Shown: piece after piece, positions 1 to 13,860 of the stretch | Layout of the letters: every line of letters begins with the position of its first letter | How positions within the stretch are numbered: the stretch's first letter is position 1 | From: Enoplolaimus lenunculus | Taxonomy: Eukaryota | DNA length: 64,000 nucleotides | Assembly: GCA_030248215.1 (NCBI GenBank) | Contig: JASANG010002509.1 | Location: 124,001-188,000, forward strand | Direction of reading: 5' to 3' | Notes under the pieces: model-generated | Told to the model about the DNA's origin: nothing | What the model saw: the letters and a program-made list of their open reading frames with translations, nothing else | Database searches by the model: none | Program-made: the position numbers and the translations under genes

Positions 1-664
1 AGTTTTTTGGTTATATTTCAAACTAAACACCTTTGAAATTAGGGCGTAGTCGGCAGCGAAGATAACAAATTTGAGTTATCCAAAGTGTACGGTTATATTT
101 TAGTTTTACTAGTAAGCGTTTCGCATGTTCCATAAAATTTGTTACCTTCATAAGAACCGGTCACGCCGCAGGCGAATTGGGTTCAGGTGTGTAACTGCGG
201 TTCAGTGCTGGGTTACAACTGGCCCGGACTAAGGCATGTTTTCAGCGCCTCATTGTATAGGCACCGGAATTTTATTCCTTAAATCACAATCATTTGATCC
301 TATGCGGATGTAAAACCTTTCAGCCGTGGTTTAGTGGAAAATGTTTAAATAAAGTTGCACCGATTGCAAATTTGTCTGTTTTATAACATTTCATTTTAGA
401 TACCAGCATATTTCAAAAACTGCCTATTAAGTTCAGGAGCGTTTGCTAACATCGTTTTGGCCATTACTGACCGGTTCTATATAAACAGATACTGGTTATA
501 TCGTAAATTCATAGATTAAATATTTTAAAATTTTAGATATCAGCCATTTGTTTTTGGTGAGTACTCGAAACTGTATTTTAGTCTGTCCGATTTTATCGGT
601 CAATATTTTAGTCAACTTGTGTACGCGTTTCTTACACGCTTAAGTACGCTAAAGGGAACGAACG

Positions 665-861
665 AACCAATGTAAAGAACAGGGGCGGAACAGTATTATA
701 AGCATGTTCGTAAGCCTAAGCCTAAGCCTTTGCGTAATAATAAGCATAGTCCCAAGCCTAAAGCCTAATCCTGAGCCATGCCAAAAAATTAGTCTAAAGC
801 TTCAGCTTACTCTATTGCTGTCCCACAGAATCACGTTCCGTCCCTGATCTTTACATGGGCC
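665..861 (+). mobile_element. GGCC-TIR telomere-repeat MITE, subfamily A
   Basis: ..CCAATGTAAAGAACAGGGGCGGAAC ... GTTCCGTCCCTGATCTTTACATGGGCC, internal CCTAAG units. Confidence 0.8.
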
Positions 862-1041
862 AAGGGAACGATACAACATCCTGGTTAGTTTGATTTGAAC
901 TGATAGCATGCGCCTCTCTTTATCTCGGTTATAAGAAAACCTAACAAGCATCTATTAAGACGGTAACTGGTGCATTAACTTATGAATACGGGTTAAATTG
1001 CGAGCAGTTTGAATTTTGATGATCTGATTTTGAGGCACTAG

Positions 1042-1210
1042 CAGACCCGTTACCAGCTCACCTTGCTAGAGGGGTTAAACATTTTTCACGAAGGACATGC
1101 AAGGGTTTTTGATGACTTATACAAGCAAGGTTGAAAATTTTCTAAGGCGGGGGAAACAAAATTCCTCCGGAGGGGGTGATCCCCAGTCACCTCCCTCTGG
1201 CTACGGACAA
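1042..1210 (+). mobile_element. hAT-like MITE (CAGGCCCGTAGCCAG TIR)
   Basis: Same body as the copies with 8-bp TSDs. Confidence 0.7.
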
Positions 1211-2029
1211 GGGTAGCGGTACTTGACTATCTAAATGTTCAATGAAGAGATGAAACTATGATAGGGTAGTACCGCAAGAATGGTTTGGATTGTGTACAAG
1301 TGGGGCTTTTGAGTAAAATGTATAACAGAGCGACAGTGTCATATGAGTTACATCATCAAGCAAAAATTTTTACCAAAATTTGCCTTAGTACATTTCCAAA
1401 CATTTCTGTATTCTTTGAGATATTGTCTTTTTCCACTAGACGCAGGCGGCCAGTGGCTGTAGGTAAAAGTATTCCCCTCAACAACCGTGTCGTGATCAAA
1501 AATTTGCAGTTTATCTGAGGCTGACGCAACAAATTTTCTATTTTGATAGCTGAGAATTAATATTTCAGATATGTAACACGAGGTATAAAAATTAAGAACA
1601 TCGACAATGGCTGGGTTTCTGAAATCGTTCGTAAGGACGACATAGAAACTTAAGTACGTGCTAAGCAATTACTTAACCATTTTGTTGTTGTTAAAATATT
1701 ATTTAAGTTAAGTAAATACTTAACTCACTGACAAAATTTGACGTATTACAGATTAGCAGCTCAGGCATATGAACCTTGGTCTGACTGAAATTGCAGAGTC
1801 ATGGCGCCTCCTTAATATAAACCAGAACTATTGCTTTTGCGTTCTGACAGTGGCTCACATTTGGCGTTTGCCTGTTTTTGTTCGAAAAGTTTACTATTAC
1901 ATTTAAACTGTTTTTAAAAATCATAGAATAAGATATGCTATGCGAAAAAATTTTTTTATTTCACTTACATCTGTATATATTAAAGCTAGAGCGTCCCACA
2001 TACGTGTTTTGGGCAGCGTTTTATTTTTT

Positions 2030-2300
2030 GCGCATAAAACAACGTATAAGAACATAAAATCTATAGTTAATTTCAATATTTAAAAGTCACAGGAACAACG
2101 ACCAAAATACGTATGTGAAACGTTCCAGCTTTAATAATATGGACTATGCGAAAAGGATTTGTATTTGACTTGCATATAATTTATTTGCTCATATTAACAA
2201 CGTATAAGAACATAAAATCTATACTTCATTGTATATCTAAACTTCAGCTGCAACGATGCCCAAAATACGTATGTGAAGCGTTCCAGCTTTGATAATATAG
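2030..2300. repeat. ~160-bp tandem duplication
   Basis: AACAACGTATAAGAACATAAAATCTATA and CCAAAATACGTATGTGAA.CGTTCCAGCTTT each occur twice. Confidence 0.7.
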
Positions 2301-2641
2301 ATTTAAATTTTCCTACCTTTTTATGTTTTTTGGACCATATAAGGTCTTGTATCGACTGCACGCTGCTCTGTACGCTTTGAGCTAGTGAACAGTTTTAGTT
2401 TACTGCGGCATAGATTTTGCAATTTTATTACTCTTTTCTATCTAAATGTGTCGTTATTAGCAGATTCGTGCACAGATGATTATGCTATATAGCAGAACAA
2501 CGTATATCCTTTTAAACGCACCATATGTGGTAAAATTTTAACGATATCTTGAAATATTTTGACATATGCGGGACTATTTTAAGCTTGGCATGTTTCTGAC
2601 AACAATTATGCCTAAACCACCGTACTGAGTATTGTTGACTT

Positions 2642-2845
2642 GGATTCACAATTCGTCGCCCGACAACTTGTCTCGCCACCAGTGTCCTATAATCAATTAA
2701 CCAACCTAAGCATAAACCTAGGCATAATCCTAAGCCTAAGCATTAAAGTAAGCATAATGATAGACGACACCTTGTCGAGTCGCCGAAATTTCAGGTTACA
2801 AGTTGTCGGTCAACGAGTTGTCGGGCGACAAATTGTTGTGATACC
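2642..2845. mobile_element. GG-ended MITE of a different family, also with internal CCTAAG-like units
   Basis: CACAATTCGTCGCCCGACAACT ... AGTTGTCGGGCGACAAATTGTTGTG inverted repeats around CCTAAGCATAAACCTAGG. Confidence 0.7.
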
Positions 2846-4225
2846 TGGTGGTTTTTATGTTTAAGTTTTGCAAACTGGGCATTTAAATTTTTCGATGACA
2901 ACATATCTGAACACCGTCTGGGTGTCGCTATATATACCGTGCGACGTCTTTACTCCACGTCCGTCGCCATGCGGCGACAGACGCGAGTAATTATCATATC
3001 ACACCGCAGGTGACGTGCGGTGAAGAGCGGCAACAAAAGTATACCGCCGCCTTTAGTAGTATGAGTAATCGCTAAACAACATAAAGGTCAATTACATGGC
3101 TTCAAAGCTATGCCAGTTCCAGCCATTCTGTTACAGAACTAATTAACCGCATTAGGGAATCCTGAAATTTTTGGAATGGTGAAGATATAGACGCTATTGC
3201 CTTTAAGAACCTGGAATTTTAACAAGCAGGGCCGAAGTGTGTGTGTCCAACACTGCTACTGCCGAATGTGATTTGGGAAAAAAGTTATACTTTGAGTAAA
3301 TTTCACCTCAGTACTACCAAGAGTGCATGATACAAGAATGTGCAACTCTTTGGGTTCCGCATGGTACAAAATGTACCACCGGGCGTTATGTTTTTGGCCG
3401 ACCCCCTCTTTGTTTAGAGATGTACCCAGTTGCATACTCTTGTTAGTATGCATCATACACTCTTTGTACTACCAAGCGTTGATGGTCACGGACAACAGTA
3501 TGCAACTGATTTCCCGAGGAACAAAAGGTACCACCACGGGTTGCATTTTTGCTGTACCCCCCTTTATTTAGAGGGTGTGTCAAAATCTCATGATGAAATA
3601 TTTTGTAGTTTTTAGGCTACATACGGACCACTTTTTGGCACAAAATACTGTGTATTACTTTAGCTTTGTGCAAATTTCAACCCCCCCTTCTAAATAAGGG
3701 GGGGGGGGCTGGGTTCAAAACGCAACGTGCGCTGATTACATTGTTTTGTACACAGAATGTACCCAGTTGCACACTCTTGTTATGTTATATATCAGCCACT
3801 CTTGGTACAAAAATCAAAGGTTTATTTTGTAAATCAATACTTGCGACTTTGTTATTTTTTAATATAGCAGGCAGACAGAATTTTGATATATTGCAATTTA
3901 ATGAAATTGAGTTTGATGTACCTTGTGTAATACACATCTCTCCTTGATGGGCCAACGGTAAAAATACCGATTTATAGTGCATTTTTCGAGCTGGACACTT
4001 GAAAAATTGCTTGAACGATAAATATTTTAGATATTTGAATTTGCTGAACAAATTTTCAGCTTACGTTTGAGGTGAAATTTTCAACGCGACAGAAATACCA
4101 ATTTTTGACCTATCGTTGTTCCCATATGAGGCGACCAATTCCGCCTAGTCCCACCCCGTCCCTTGGCGAATAAGGACGCTCTCTCTCAACTTCCATCTCT
4201 GGGTCACAGCTGCGCGCTAGCCGCA

Positions 4226-4321
4226 CACTGCACAAAATGCTGAATCAAATTGACTCTCTCCGAAATACGCTTTTCCTGACTATACAAACTGAATCAATTT
4301 GACTCACCATTTTTTGCAGTG
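4226..4321. mobile_element. CACTG-ended palindromic element (CACTA/EnSpm-like, non-autonomous), deleted copy
   Basis: CACTGCA...TGCAGTG ends, GAGTCAAATT subrepeats. Confidence 0.65.
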
Positions 4322-4518
4322 AAGGTACACGAAGTTTGGATTTTGGAGTACCCGCTAGTAAAGAATTTCAAAATGAGGGTAAAAAATTGCTAACTTTTAT
4401 TAATGTAAAACTTTCATAAAAGTGTTTCAAAGTATATAGCTGGTATCCCTCACAAATAAAACAGGTGTGCTAGAACTTTGGTTATGGAAAGGATGCCTTA
4501 CCGAAGTTGTAACCTTTG

Positions 4519-4735
4519 CCCGTATTCTCAAATGCATATAGCACCTATCACCAGTTAATAATAGGTCCTCAAACTAACGAACAGCTGCAATTGCATATGT
4601 CAAAATTTGTACAAAAGTAGAGTAAATCGTATGCAATAAATATGCTGAATTTCAAACCTCACGACTCCCTGGTTCGAAAGTTGGAAGACCTATCACCAAC
4701 TGGTAATAGGTGCTACACACATTTGAGAATACGGG
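4519..4735. mobile_element. MITE with CCCGTATTCTCAAATG TIR
   Basis: TIR plus subterminal CCTATCACCAGTT; fragments at ~16419, 22268, 40040 and 42845. Confidence 0.7.
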
Positions 4736-5609
4736 TTCTTGACCTAGTTTCTTATTAGGCAACCATCTAATTCATTCCAATGTCGTTGATGCACGCGCGT
4801 ATACTTGTTCACAAACATGTCAAAAGAAATGTTTGCAGCACCTCTTAACTACAGCGACTTTATTGACAAGAATGTTTTGATTCATTGATCACCCATCGGC
4901 AAACAGCCTAGTTTTATCGGTGATAGGTGAAATGTGCAAAATTATCCAGTGTTAATATAGTTTTTATTTAATATTGGTTTGTTTTGAAAGTTACTAATAA
5001 AGCGGTTTTCTACGTCAATCGAGCGACTAACATCAAACCACTGTAAAATTACACAATTGTATAGAACGCTGAAGAAAAAATAATGGCGGGTAAAGATTGG
5101 TAACGGGAACGCAATTTTTCCGCGGGTAAAAGCGGGTAATAGCTAAAGAAATTTAACACGGGTATACTCTTAGGTAAAAAAATAAAATTTCCTCGTTTAA
5201 AGCGGAGCGAGAGTAAAAATTTTTTAAACCCACTTACACCTCGGAGGTACACGACATATAACGCCTACAAACAAATTGCTGTCTAACTAACAGAATATTC
5301 TAAAATTAAGCTGGTTATGATTATGTAATATATTTCCACTGATGCAAATAAGTGACACGAATTTCTCTAGGCTTACATTCAATCTGGCTCATACTGATGG
5401 TTTATGTCAGAATTTCAAATAGAGGTACTTACCCGTGATAATCTATTACAAGAAATTTGTATTGCATTCTGCGAATATTATCTTTGATAACTTCTTTTAA
5501 GTTGATACTACTTTGTTATCGCACTATAGCTTAGTTTTCGTGCTTGGTACATTACAAATTCTTTGAAGCAAAGATTTTGTATATAACCTGGTTTCACCAG
5601 CATGCACAT

Positions 5610-5999
5610 CTGTTGTGACCCGAAGAACAGGGGGTCCCCATTTTCACTCCCAATCAATATGAGTCCGTATCCCTAATAAGAGTCCGGAAGCGGATAGAGT
5701 CCCTAAACCCTAATTAGAGTCGATAAACGTCAATTAATTGCTGAGTTCGAAACTTTAAAGCGTACGTAAGGTTTGAAAGTACATTCCTAAGTAAAATCTT
5801 GCATTATCGCTTAAACTATTGACACAAGACAAATAAACGTTTACTTCAACGGATAGTTGCAATACCGAATATATCGGTGACGAAACGCCGCGGAGGCTGG
5901 GTAAAAATAAATAACAGTCTGTAAGCGAATAACAAAGGGGGGGGCACTCTGGAGAGGCCAAATAAATATCAGTCTCGGCTATTATTCGGGTCACTACAG
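5610..5999. mobile_element. TA-flanked ~440-bp MITE (CTGTAGTGACCCGAATAAG TIR), Tc1/mariner-like
   Basis: TIRs; internal sequence shared with about 10 other copies in the window. Confidence 0.8.
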
Positions 6000-6694
6000 T
6001 ATAATATCCAGAGATCCATTAAGCTTGACTAACAATCTAACCTCTCACAGCTTACATCGATTGATTGCTTGTTACAGAGGCTGCTTCGCAACGCTTTTTG
6101 TGGCAAAAAAGGTGAAAATTGTTTCGAATACAAAACCCAATATTTTTGTATTGAAAATAGTCGATGCAAGGAAATTACGTTGCAGTTTGGAAGTGGCGGT
6201 TTTGGGAAAAGTAAGCGGCGACTTTGACGCAATTAAGCATAGTTTTAAGCCAAATTTAGACAGTAATCAAAAAACTAGCGTAGGTAAGAAGTTGAGTTTC
6301 ACAGTAAGCCTTCAATTGTGATTACTTTGTTGTTAAGGGCCGCTGCTTGAGTCTACGAGCCCCCCTCTCCCCGAAATGCGGTAAACGAGGCCACGTCATC
6401 AACCTTAAAATGACGTTAAAATACGTCATAGAATGTCAAAATAGAAATTTCCGCAAATTAAGCTGGTTCTCGCTACAGTTTTTGATTAAAATTTATTCAA
6501 GATATAATTGTGCTGCCTTGAATGGGGTAATAAAATTAAAAAGATTAATTTAAATAACTTACACTTGCAAGGGGAGTAATAAATCGACATTTTTTAAAGT
6601 CGAACGCCGTTTTTACATTTATGTGCTAATAAAGTTTCGAAACGGCAAAAATTGCGGTGGGGTAGATGTGAGAATCGTTTTCGGTTGAATAAAG

Positions 6695-6896
6695 GGCCAA
6701 TGTAAATAAATAGGGCCGAAACAGAATTATAAGCATATTCCTAACCCTAAGCCAAAGCCTAAGCGTAAGAATTGAGCATATTCCTAAGCATAAGCCTTAA
6801 AGCCTAAGCCAAGCAAAAAACAATTAGTCTAAAGCTTAAGCTTACACTATTGTAGTCCCACAGAAAAACGTTGCGCCCCTGATCTTTACATGGGCC
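6695..6896 (+). mobile_element. GGCC-TIR telomere-repeat MITE, subfamily A
   Basis: TIRs, perfect 8-bp TSD GAATAAAG. Confidence 0.9.
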
Positions 6897-8960
6897 GAAT
6901 AAAGTTTGTTCAGATATAATTGTGCGGAATTAAATTAGGTAAATTATTACTCACGTATATCATTAGCGAGATCAGTAACTAAAATAATAATTATACTCGC
7001 GGTAACTTTACCAAGTATTCGTTTCAAAGGTTCTATGCTCTCAAGACCTGGGTCCATCGAGTTTTGTAATGCTGATAATTTAGCTAAAAATCGTTGTTTG
7101 AAATCAAAACCACGTTTTGATGGCCCAGTGTTACTTTTCAAGGCCCAACGGGCACGATTCTACCGGAATTCCTGCTCCATTCAGAATTCCTGAAAAAATT
7201 TAATTCCTGTTCCTGTTCCTGTTCTTGCAATGAAATATGCAGCAACGGAATTTTTTTACGGTTTTGCGGCCAATTATGCTTTTAATCATTTATACATTAC
7301 AAACTTTGTTTCTAAAAAATTGTTATTTCGACATGAGCGTTGTTCAAAGTACTTCAATTTACCTACGCGTATTTTAAAGCCTAAGCCTAAATGCAAGCAA
7401 AATAAAAGTTTAAAGATTACACCTGTTTTTTGCAGTCGGGCAAACACTGCTCGTTTATTCAGCTTATTTTGTGGGTCAAACTTTTTAAGTAGCCATAATA
7501 GGGCCCACATATTTATAGAGGGTTTTGACCCTGTTCTCAAAGGTTTAAATTTTTATTCTTGCAGAGGTTTACAGGTCCAACAATAATGTTCGCGTATGAT
7601 TTATATGTTTTAATTGTCCATTACAAACAAAAACAACACTATTTTAAGAATTGCAATACGGCTTTCAAATTGCGCCATCAAAACTATTAAAAACATGGTA
7701 ATCTTGATCCGTTTTGTTGAACCATTTCAGGTAATTAGAATATCATCATAAAATTGCTTATGAAGGTTAACACTGTTAACAAAGATCGTTTATTTTCAAA
7801 TTTAGCTGATTGTTTGTTTTGCACATCGCAACGAGAGAATTTACGTTTATTAACGTTCAATTCAAGCTGAAAATCACCATTTTGACATCGTTAAAACAGG
7901 GTAAAAAAATTCGATCCTGAAACAAAACAACACTTAGTGGTTGAGGTGATAATATAAAAATTGCTGTCATAAAAATTACATGCTCGAAAAAGGTATTTGA
8001 ATATGTCGTATGTCAATTTGCTATTCAGACCAATTACTGTTAATTGGCTTAGACCAGTCTAGTATTGTGATTACATAGCAATTTTGTTGTAAAATATTCC
8101 AATATTTTTGTACGTAATATCATCAAATTTTTCTCACAAGCAATGCCTAAATTAAAGAATATTGACTCAGCTAATTTAGTCATATAGCAATTTAAACATT
8201 TTTCAAGATACAAGCAGTACCCCAATCTGATTGGTTGTTTAGTCTATGGCCTGATCCTATAATTAAATCTATTTAGGTAAAATCAGTTTAGCAGCAGTTG
8301 AGCCTAGGCTAAACTGGTATTAGAATATCAAAATTAGACCAGTTTGACCTACGGTATATACTCAAAAATCCATGAAAGTTCAGTGAATTAGAAATGATTT
8401 GTTCACAAAGAAGCAAATTATTTTGAAAAGTTTTGGGTCATATTTTCGTTGAATACCCTGCAAGCATAAAGATTAGCATTAATATTTTTCGAATCAGAAA
8501 AATTTTAAACGTTCAAATCAGCTTAGCATAAATGTGGTTGTGCAAACTAAAGAAATTGTAATTTTATAGCTTGCAGCAGTTGAAAAGATATTTTTGTGGC
8601 TTGTAAGCTTTGTCAGCCATTAGAGAGTTAATTTTAGAATTTTCTAATTTTAGCAAACAATTTTCCAAAATACTGCTGTTTTATATTTTCAGGGAAAAAT
8701 TCTTTCACTGTTCGTTTAGTCGGTTTAAGAATCAAAATCAGCAGCATCGTCCCAACAAGCAATAAGGTGATGGGTGCTACAGTTTTCCTTCGAACTGCTA
8801 AAGCGTTTCACATTTGGAATTTTTGAAACGTGTGGTTTTCCGACGGTAAAGTCTTAATAATAATAATATTAATAATAATAATAACAAACAACAACAATAA
8901 TTATAATAATACTTGCAGAACTGTCCTGGTGAATTATGAGCGGCGGCAGAAATATGTGTA

Positions 8961-9250
8961 TGTCGTAGGCCAATGTGCTATTCAGACCAATTATCAATTG
9001 GCCTAAGCCAGTCTGCTATTGTGAGCAAATAGCTGATTGGCGTAGGCGAAATAGCGATTATAAAATGTAGCAAAGCAACAGTGAAACTAACGCTGATTGG
9101 TTAACGGTATTGCGTCTGTCGAAATAATCAAATCTGATTGTTATATAAGTTTAATTGCAGTTTAGCCTAGGCGAAACTGCTATTACGCAACATAGCAGAT
9201 TGGCCCAGGCTGATTATTAATTAGCCTGAATAGCATATTGGCCTACGACA
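8961..9250. mobile_element. TA-flanked MITE with TGTCGTAGGCCAAT TIR
   Basis: TGTCGTAGGCCAATGTGCTATTCAG ... CTGAATAGCATATTGGCCTACGACA; relatives at ~8005-8356, ~12956-13274 and ~48650-48827. Confidence 0.8.
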
Positions 9251-10475
9251 TATATATGGTGCAGTTGCATTCCAGTACGCTTCATAACAAACATTGTACA
9301 GTAACATTCTGACGCGTGCTCATGGTCATCCGCAGGATAAACGCAAATTATTCTTAATTAACATCAACATAGTAATCGTTCTAATCCCAACTAATTAACA
9401 ATTAATTAATTGTGCAAGGCTTGATTTAGCCTATGGCGTAAATAATCGTATCTTATTAATCCTTTTACATCTTGCTGATATCTCGTTGCTGTCAAATAAG
9501 ACCGTTTTTGACGAGGCAAAATTGTTTTCGGTCGAATCAAATTATTTTACTGTTGTTGACAAAAATTCAATTTTTAGTTTATATTCAGAAACGTGTTTTT
9601 TCCACTGCTTCTGTGTCATCTTATTTGAATCGACCAGTAATCATAAGGTTATCCAATTTATCCTGTGGAGCGTTAACCGGGACACGACTGCCTGACAGTA
9701 AAAATCCGCTCTCTGGAGTTGTGATATAAACCGGTCCTCTGATGACTATTTAGACAAACTAACATCACGAGAGATTTGCTATTTTGTTGAATGGCCCTAA
9801 TTCCAACCGGTCTACCGGATGTGTGCCCGGTAAGCCAGACAGCCACCCGTTCCGTCATGTCTAAAAGAACTCTGTATACCCATTTAATTCGGTGTGACAG
9901 TTTAATTTCTTTCTTAAGTATAATTCGGTTCACTATTGGGTAGCTTTTTAAATATATATACATACATACATATATATGTATATATATAGATATGGTAACC
10001 ATTAGTAGCGCATAGCATTGCATATGAAAGCTTAGCATTGGTGATGCAGTCTTTAGGTTGTGTTTATGGTTCAAGAAGGATAATTGGACAAAATGTACAT
10101 TTTTGACCAATAACTTAATTGGGAATAATTTCAATACAAAAAAAGAAGTATATTTCGCTATATTTGTAAATTAAATTAAATGCATTCAGTTTGCCAAGCA
10201 ATTTTTTTGGTCACCTAAAGTGTATAGCGAGTGAAAATTAAGAAATTTGCAGCTGCAAGCAACCAGTTTGATAATAATTTTATCACCCTGTTTATTCCAG
10301 TGGCATCTTAGGGGACTAAAATGAGACGTCGATAACAAATTCATGTCATAGAGTTTCAATTTTTTAGTTTTTACAATAAATTACATATTCCTGAACAAAA
10401 AAGGTTTGGAAATAACCTGTTGTAGCAACCAAAGGTTTCTGCGAGATAAAAAGCTGACAACTTCTTATATGCTAT

Positions 10476-10688
10476 GACCCATGTAAAGATCAGGGTCGGA
10501 ACGTTTTTTTGTGGGACTGCAATAGAGTAAGCTTAAGCTTTAGATTAATTTTTTGTTTGACTTAGGCTTAGGAATTTGCTCATTCTTTCGCTTAGGCTTA
10601 GGGTTAGGAATATGCTCATTCTTACGCTTAGCCTTAGGCTTAGGAATATGCTTATAATACTGTTCAGCCGCTGTTCTTTACATTGGCC
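10476..10688 (-). mobile_element. GGCC-TIR telomere-repeat MITE, subfamily A
   Basis: TIRs, perfect TSD TATGCTAT. Confidence 0.9.
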
Positions 10689-11515
10689 TATGCTATGAAC
10701 GCGTAGTGAATTATAATTCAAGATATCTGATTCCAGTACCACCCTTTTTTAATTAACCTAAGTGTTGTTAACTGTTTTTCATATAAAATCCAAGAAATAT
10801 AGATTACTAGTCTAATTGTTAGTTAAACCATATTTATCTTTAGAATATTCTAAAAATCAATACAAATATTATTGATTTGCATAGAAATAAAGCACATTTT
10901 GTGCCTTGGTCAAAAAGATTACAATTATACAAATAACTTTTGTCATTGTAGAAATTCGGCTAAATTTAGTTGTTATGCTGCTGCTTAGACAAATCAAACG
11001 TTCGATAAGCTTTATATTCACTCTTTAGCTTCTATTTTAATTTCGGTATTTAGCCTGTTTTGGCTTATTAACTGTTCTATTCAGACTGACAAAGATATTA
11101 AAGATAGGGCGTGTATATAATTAAGTCTAAGTTAGTAACAGTATTATAAAAGTACAGAATTTACGAAACTTTTGCGAGATAATTGTTTGTGTTTTTGAAT
11201 GCTGAATTAGCTTCGACGTTTCTGTTGGCGACAGAAATTTTCTCTAAATAAGTTTCTATGTGCAAATAATGGTTAACCCGGTAATAACGTGAACCGTGCA
11301 TTTTGTCTGTCAAATACGAAGTTAAATTTTTTGGAAATTCTTAACACTTCAGCCCAAGCAAAAATATTTCGATTATACCATATGGTTGACACATATTTCC
11401 AACTGAAGCTAAGGTTTATATTTCATGGAAAACAGAACAGAAAACAACCAAGCCTGTTTATTTGAATTTATATATCGCTGCAAAAAATTTGTAATAATTT
11501 TAGAATTCGAAACGC

Positions 11516-11831
11516 AATCAAGAGTGCATAATACATGAGTGTGAAACTTTTTGTGTTCCGCATGGTACAAAATGTACCACCGGGCGTTGCGGTTTTGGCT
11601 GACTTCGCCTTTGTTTAGAGGGAAGTCGCTGTCACATGCAGCAACCCTAATTAAATTAAAAAATTTGTTGCCGGATAAATAAAGTTTCATGGTTCGGATA
11701 GGTTGTACCCCCCTCTGCATAGAGGGAGGGTAGGCCAAAACCGCAACACGTGCCGGATACATGCTTTTGTACACAGAATTCACCCAGTTGCATACTCTTG
11801 TTGCAGTACCTATGCATCATTCACTCTTGGT
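11516..11831. mobile_element. MITE with ACCAAGAGTG TIR
   Basis: Shared with 3316-3806 and ~63500-63784 (TGGTACAAAATGTACCACCGGGCGTT). Confidence 0.7.
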
Positions 11832-12093
11832 TCAATGCAGTAAGCTACAAATATTAAATTTTGCCAAAAAATGTTCAAACACCTATTAAATATTTGTGGT
11901 CATATTGGCCTCCGTATGAAATATTTAAAAAAACGTAATGCTCTCAATAGCTTAAAAAGAGTGCACTCGTTCTGACTTACGCTTAGGTTTAGGTTTATGT
12001 TTAAGAAAGAACCTGCCTAAGCCTAACACTTTACTACTAAAGCTTTTTTCTAAACCTTCTAACCTCAAATGTAACCAGATTAAGAACGCTGTG

Positions 12094-12238
12094 CAGACCC
12101 GTAGCCAGCTCACCTTGTTAGAGGGAACGAAAAAATTTTCAGGAGGGGCATTCAAGGGTTTTTAACGACTTGCAAGCAAGGTTAAAAATTTTCTAGGGGG
12201 GAAGCGAAATTTTTCTATAGGGGATAGCCTTGGGCCTA
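12094..12238 (+). mobile_element. hAT-like MITE (CAGGCCCGTAGCCAG family)
   Basis: CAGACCCGTAGCCAGCTCACCTTG start and shared body. Confidence 0.7.
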
Positions 12239-12535
12239 AATAAACCAATTTAGCAATAAAGTATTTAAGTTTGTGCGAACATTTTAGCCAAAATACTTGA
12301 ATCTGACTTTTTTTACGCTAAGTACGCCTTATTGTAATGATAATGTTTTTTGCCACCTGCCAGATACACTGTTGTGTTAATATTTTAGAATATTATATAA
12401 TAGATATACTCTATTATAGCTTAGTTCTATACCATTTATCTTCGTTCAATCTTTTATTGCTTACTCTATTAAACATTTGAGTATATCATGATTTAATGCC
12501 ACTCGTAAACAACAACGACGGAATTAAAAGAAATA

Positions 12536-12602
12536 ATGAAAACAAACAGAAAATCATTTATTTCCTTAATAACAATTGTTTCTTTCGTTCAGATGCTTCA
12601 AG
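12536..12602 (+). CDS. Secreted Cys-rich, probably GPI-anchored protein (DUF19/CPG4-like), exon 1 of 5 (signal peptide)
   Basis: ATG then MKTNRKSFISLITIVSFVQMLQ (basic plus hydrophobic, signal-like); donor CAAG|GTAAAT, phase 1; joins exon 2 in frame (G+TG=Val). Confidence 0.75.
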
Positions 12603-13696
12603 GTAAATCGCTAATCCGTTTCACTCATCGAGTATACAATGAGCAACTAAATACAATAATGTACGAACAATACAGACACTGTGAGCAGTGTTTAACAATT
12701 ATAACATATATGCGCAATGTAAAATCTCAACAAGACGTGGCAGCCCCAGCGGGCTCGAGCGTCAAGCTCCTATAGCGCAGTGGTCATTGTAAACGCCTTC
12801 CACACGTGAGACTGTCGATCGAATCTTACCTTAAAATTACATCTCATACGAAATTGAAAATATTCATGTGAGAAAGGGTTAAGAACCATTTAACAATACT
12901 TTATTCTGTATTAACCGATATTATTGGCGTTTGTATTTCCTTAGTTGTGTTTATATGTCGCAGGCTAAAACTGATATTCAGATCAATTACTAATCTGGCC
13001 CAGGTTAATTTTGCTGTTTCATGTAATAGCGGTTTGGCCTATGCTAAACTGTTACAAAAGCGGCAATTAAATATGTACCATTTAATGGTATATACTCCAA
13101 GACATTTAATCATTCAGTTTTAGTTATATCTTATGATCTTATAAAGTTCAAATATTGCTATTTTGGCCTATGTTGAAGCAATTATCTCCGAATACCAATT
13201 TAAATCATAGCAAATATATACTGATTGGCCTAGGCAAAATATTATTGTCCTGAATCACAGTTTGGCTTGCGGCATTACATGCCAGACAGGGTACAACCGA
13301 AGGTCTGCCTCCGGTTCCGGCAGAAAATCGGCTTCCGGCTCCGGGGGAATTTTCGCCGGAGGTTCCGGCCATTTCGGTTGTAAGGCTTTGCATAATTTAG
13401 CGAAATTTAAGAATATTTTCACTTCTATCGCACGGGTATTTTTTCTAAACCTTGGTCGAAAGTATAGTTACACGGCATTTGCAACGGTTTCATAAATCAT
13501 TTATTTACCTGTTTTTACATAAAACCTAATGAAAATATTTTGTAATTTCTTTTGAAACATTTTTTCTCACCGCTTCTCAATTTAAATTTCTTTGAACTTA
13601 AAAAATAAGTAGACTTTAGTAAAAAACCAGCCGATAGCCACAATTCTAAAGCCGGTTTGGTTTGTTTAATTACACCGATTCTTGACGATATTTCAG

Positions 13697-13829
13697 TGAT
13701 ACGCGGGTTGCCTACAACATGCGAATCGCATAAACGTGATGAAATTCAAGCGTGCCGCAATTATTACGGGCGTGAAGCAATGGCGCCTGTATCGATATTT
13801 GATAACGAAGTTATGAAAAAACACTGCAG
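13697..13829 (+). CDS. Secreted Cys-rich protein, exon 2 of 5
   Basis: Acceptor ATTTCAG|, donor CAG|GTAAGT; open frame IRGLPTTCESHKRDEIQACRNYYGREAMAPVSIFDNEVMKKHC; phase 1 in, phase 2 out. Confidence 0.85.
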
Positions 13830-13860
13830 GTAAGTGCAATTTGTGTGCGGTCTATTGCCA

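Noticed and set aside
1285..1518. Transposase-like fragment (TFPNISVFFEIL)
   Set aside because: The expected following hAT motif ERxFS is absent; too weak
8693..8845. Exon with TTTTCAG acceptor and GTAAAG donor
   Set aside because: Stops in all three frames; could only be non-coding, with no further support
12766..12830. tRNA gene (A box TAGCGCAGTGG, GCCTTCCA loop)
   Set aside because: B box is degenerate (GATCGAATC) and stems do not pair; at most a decayed pseudo-tRNA
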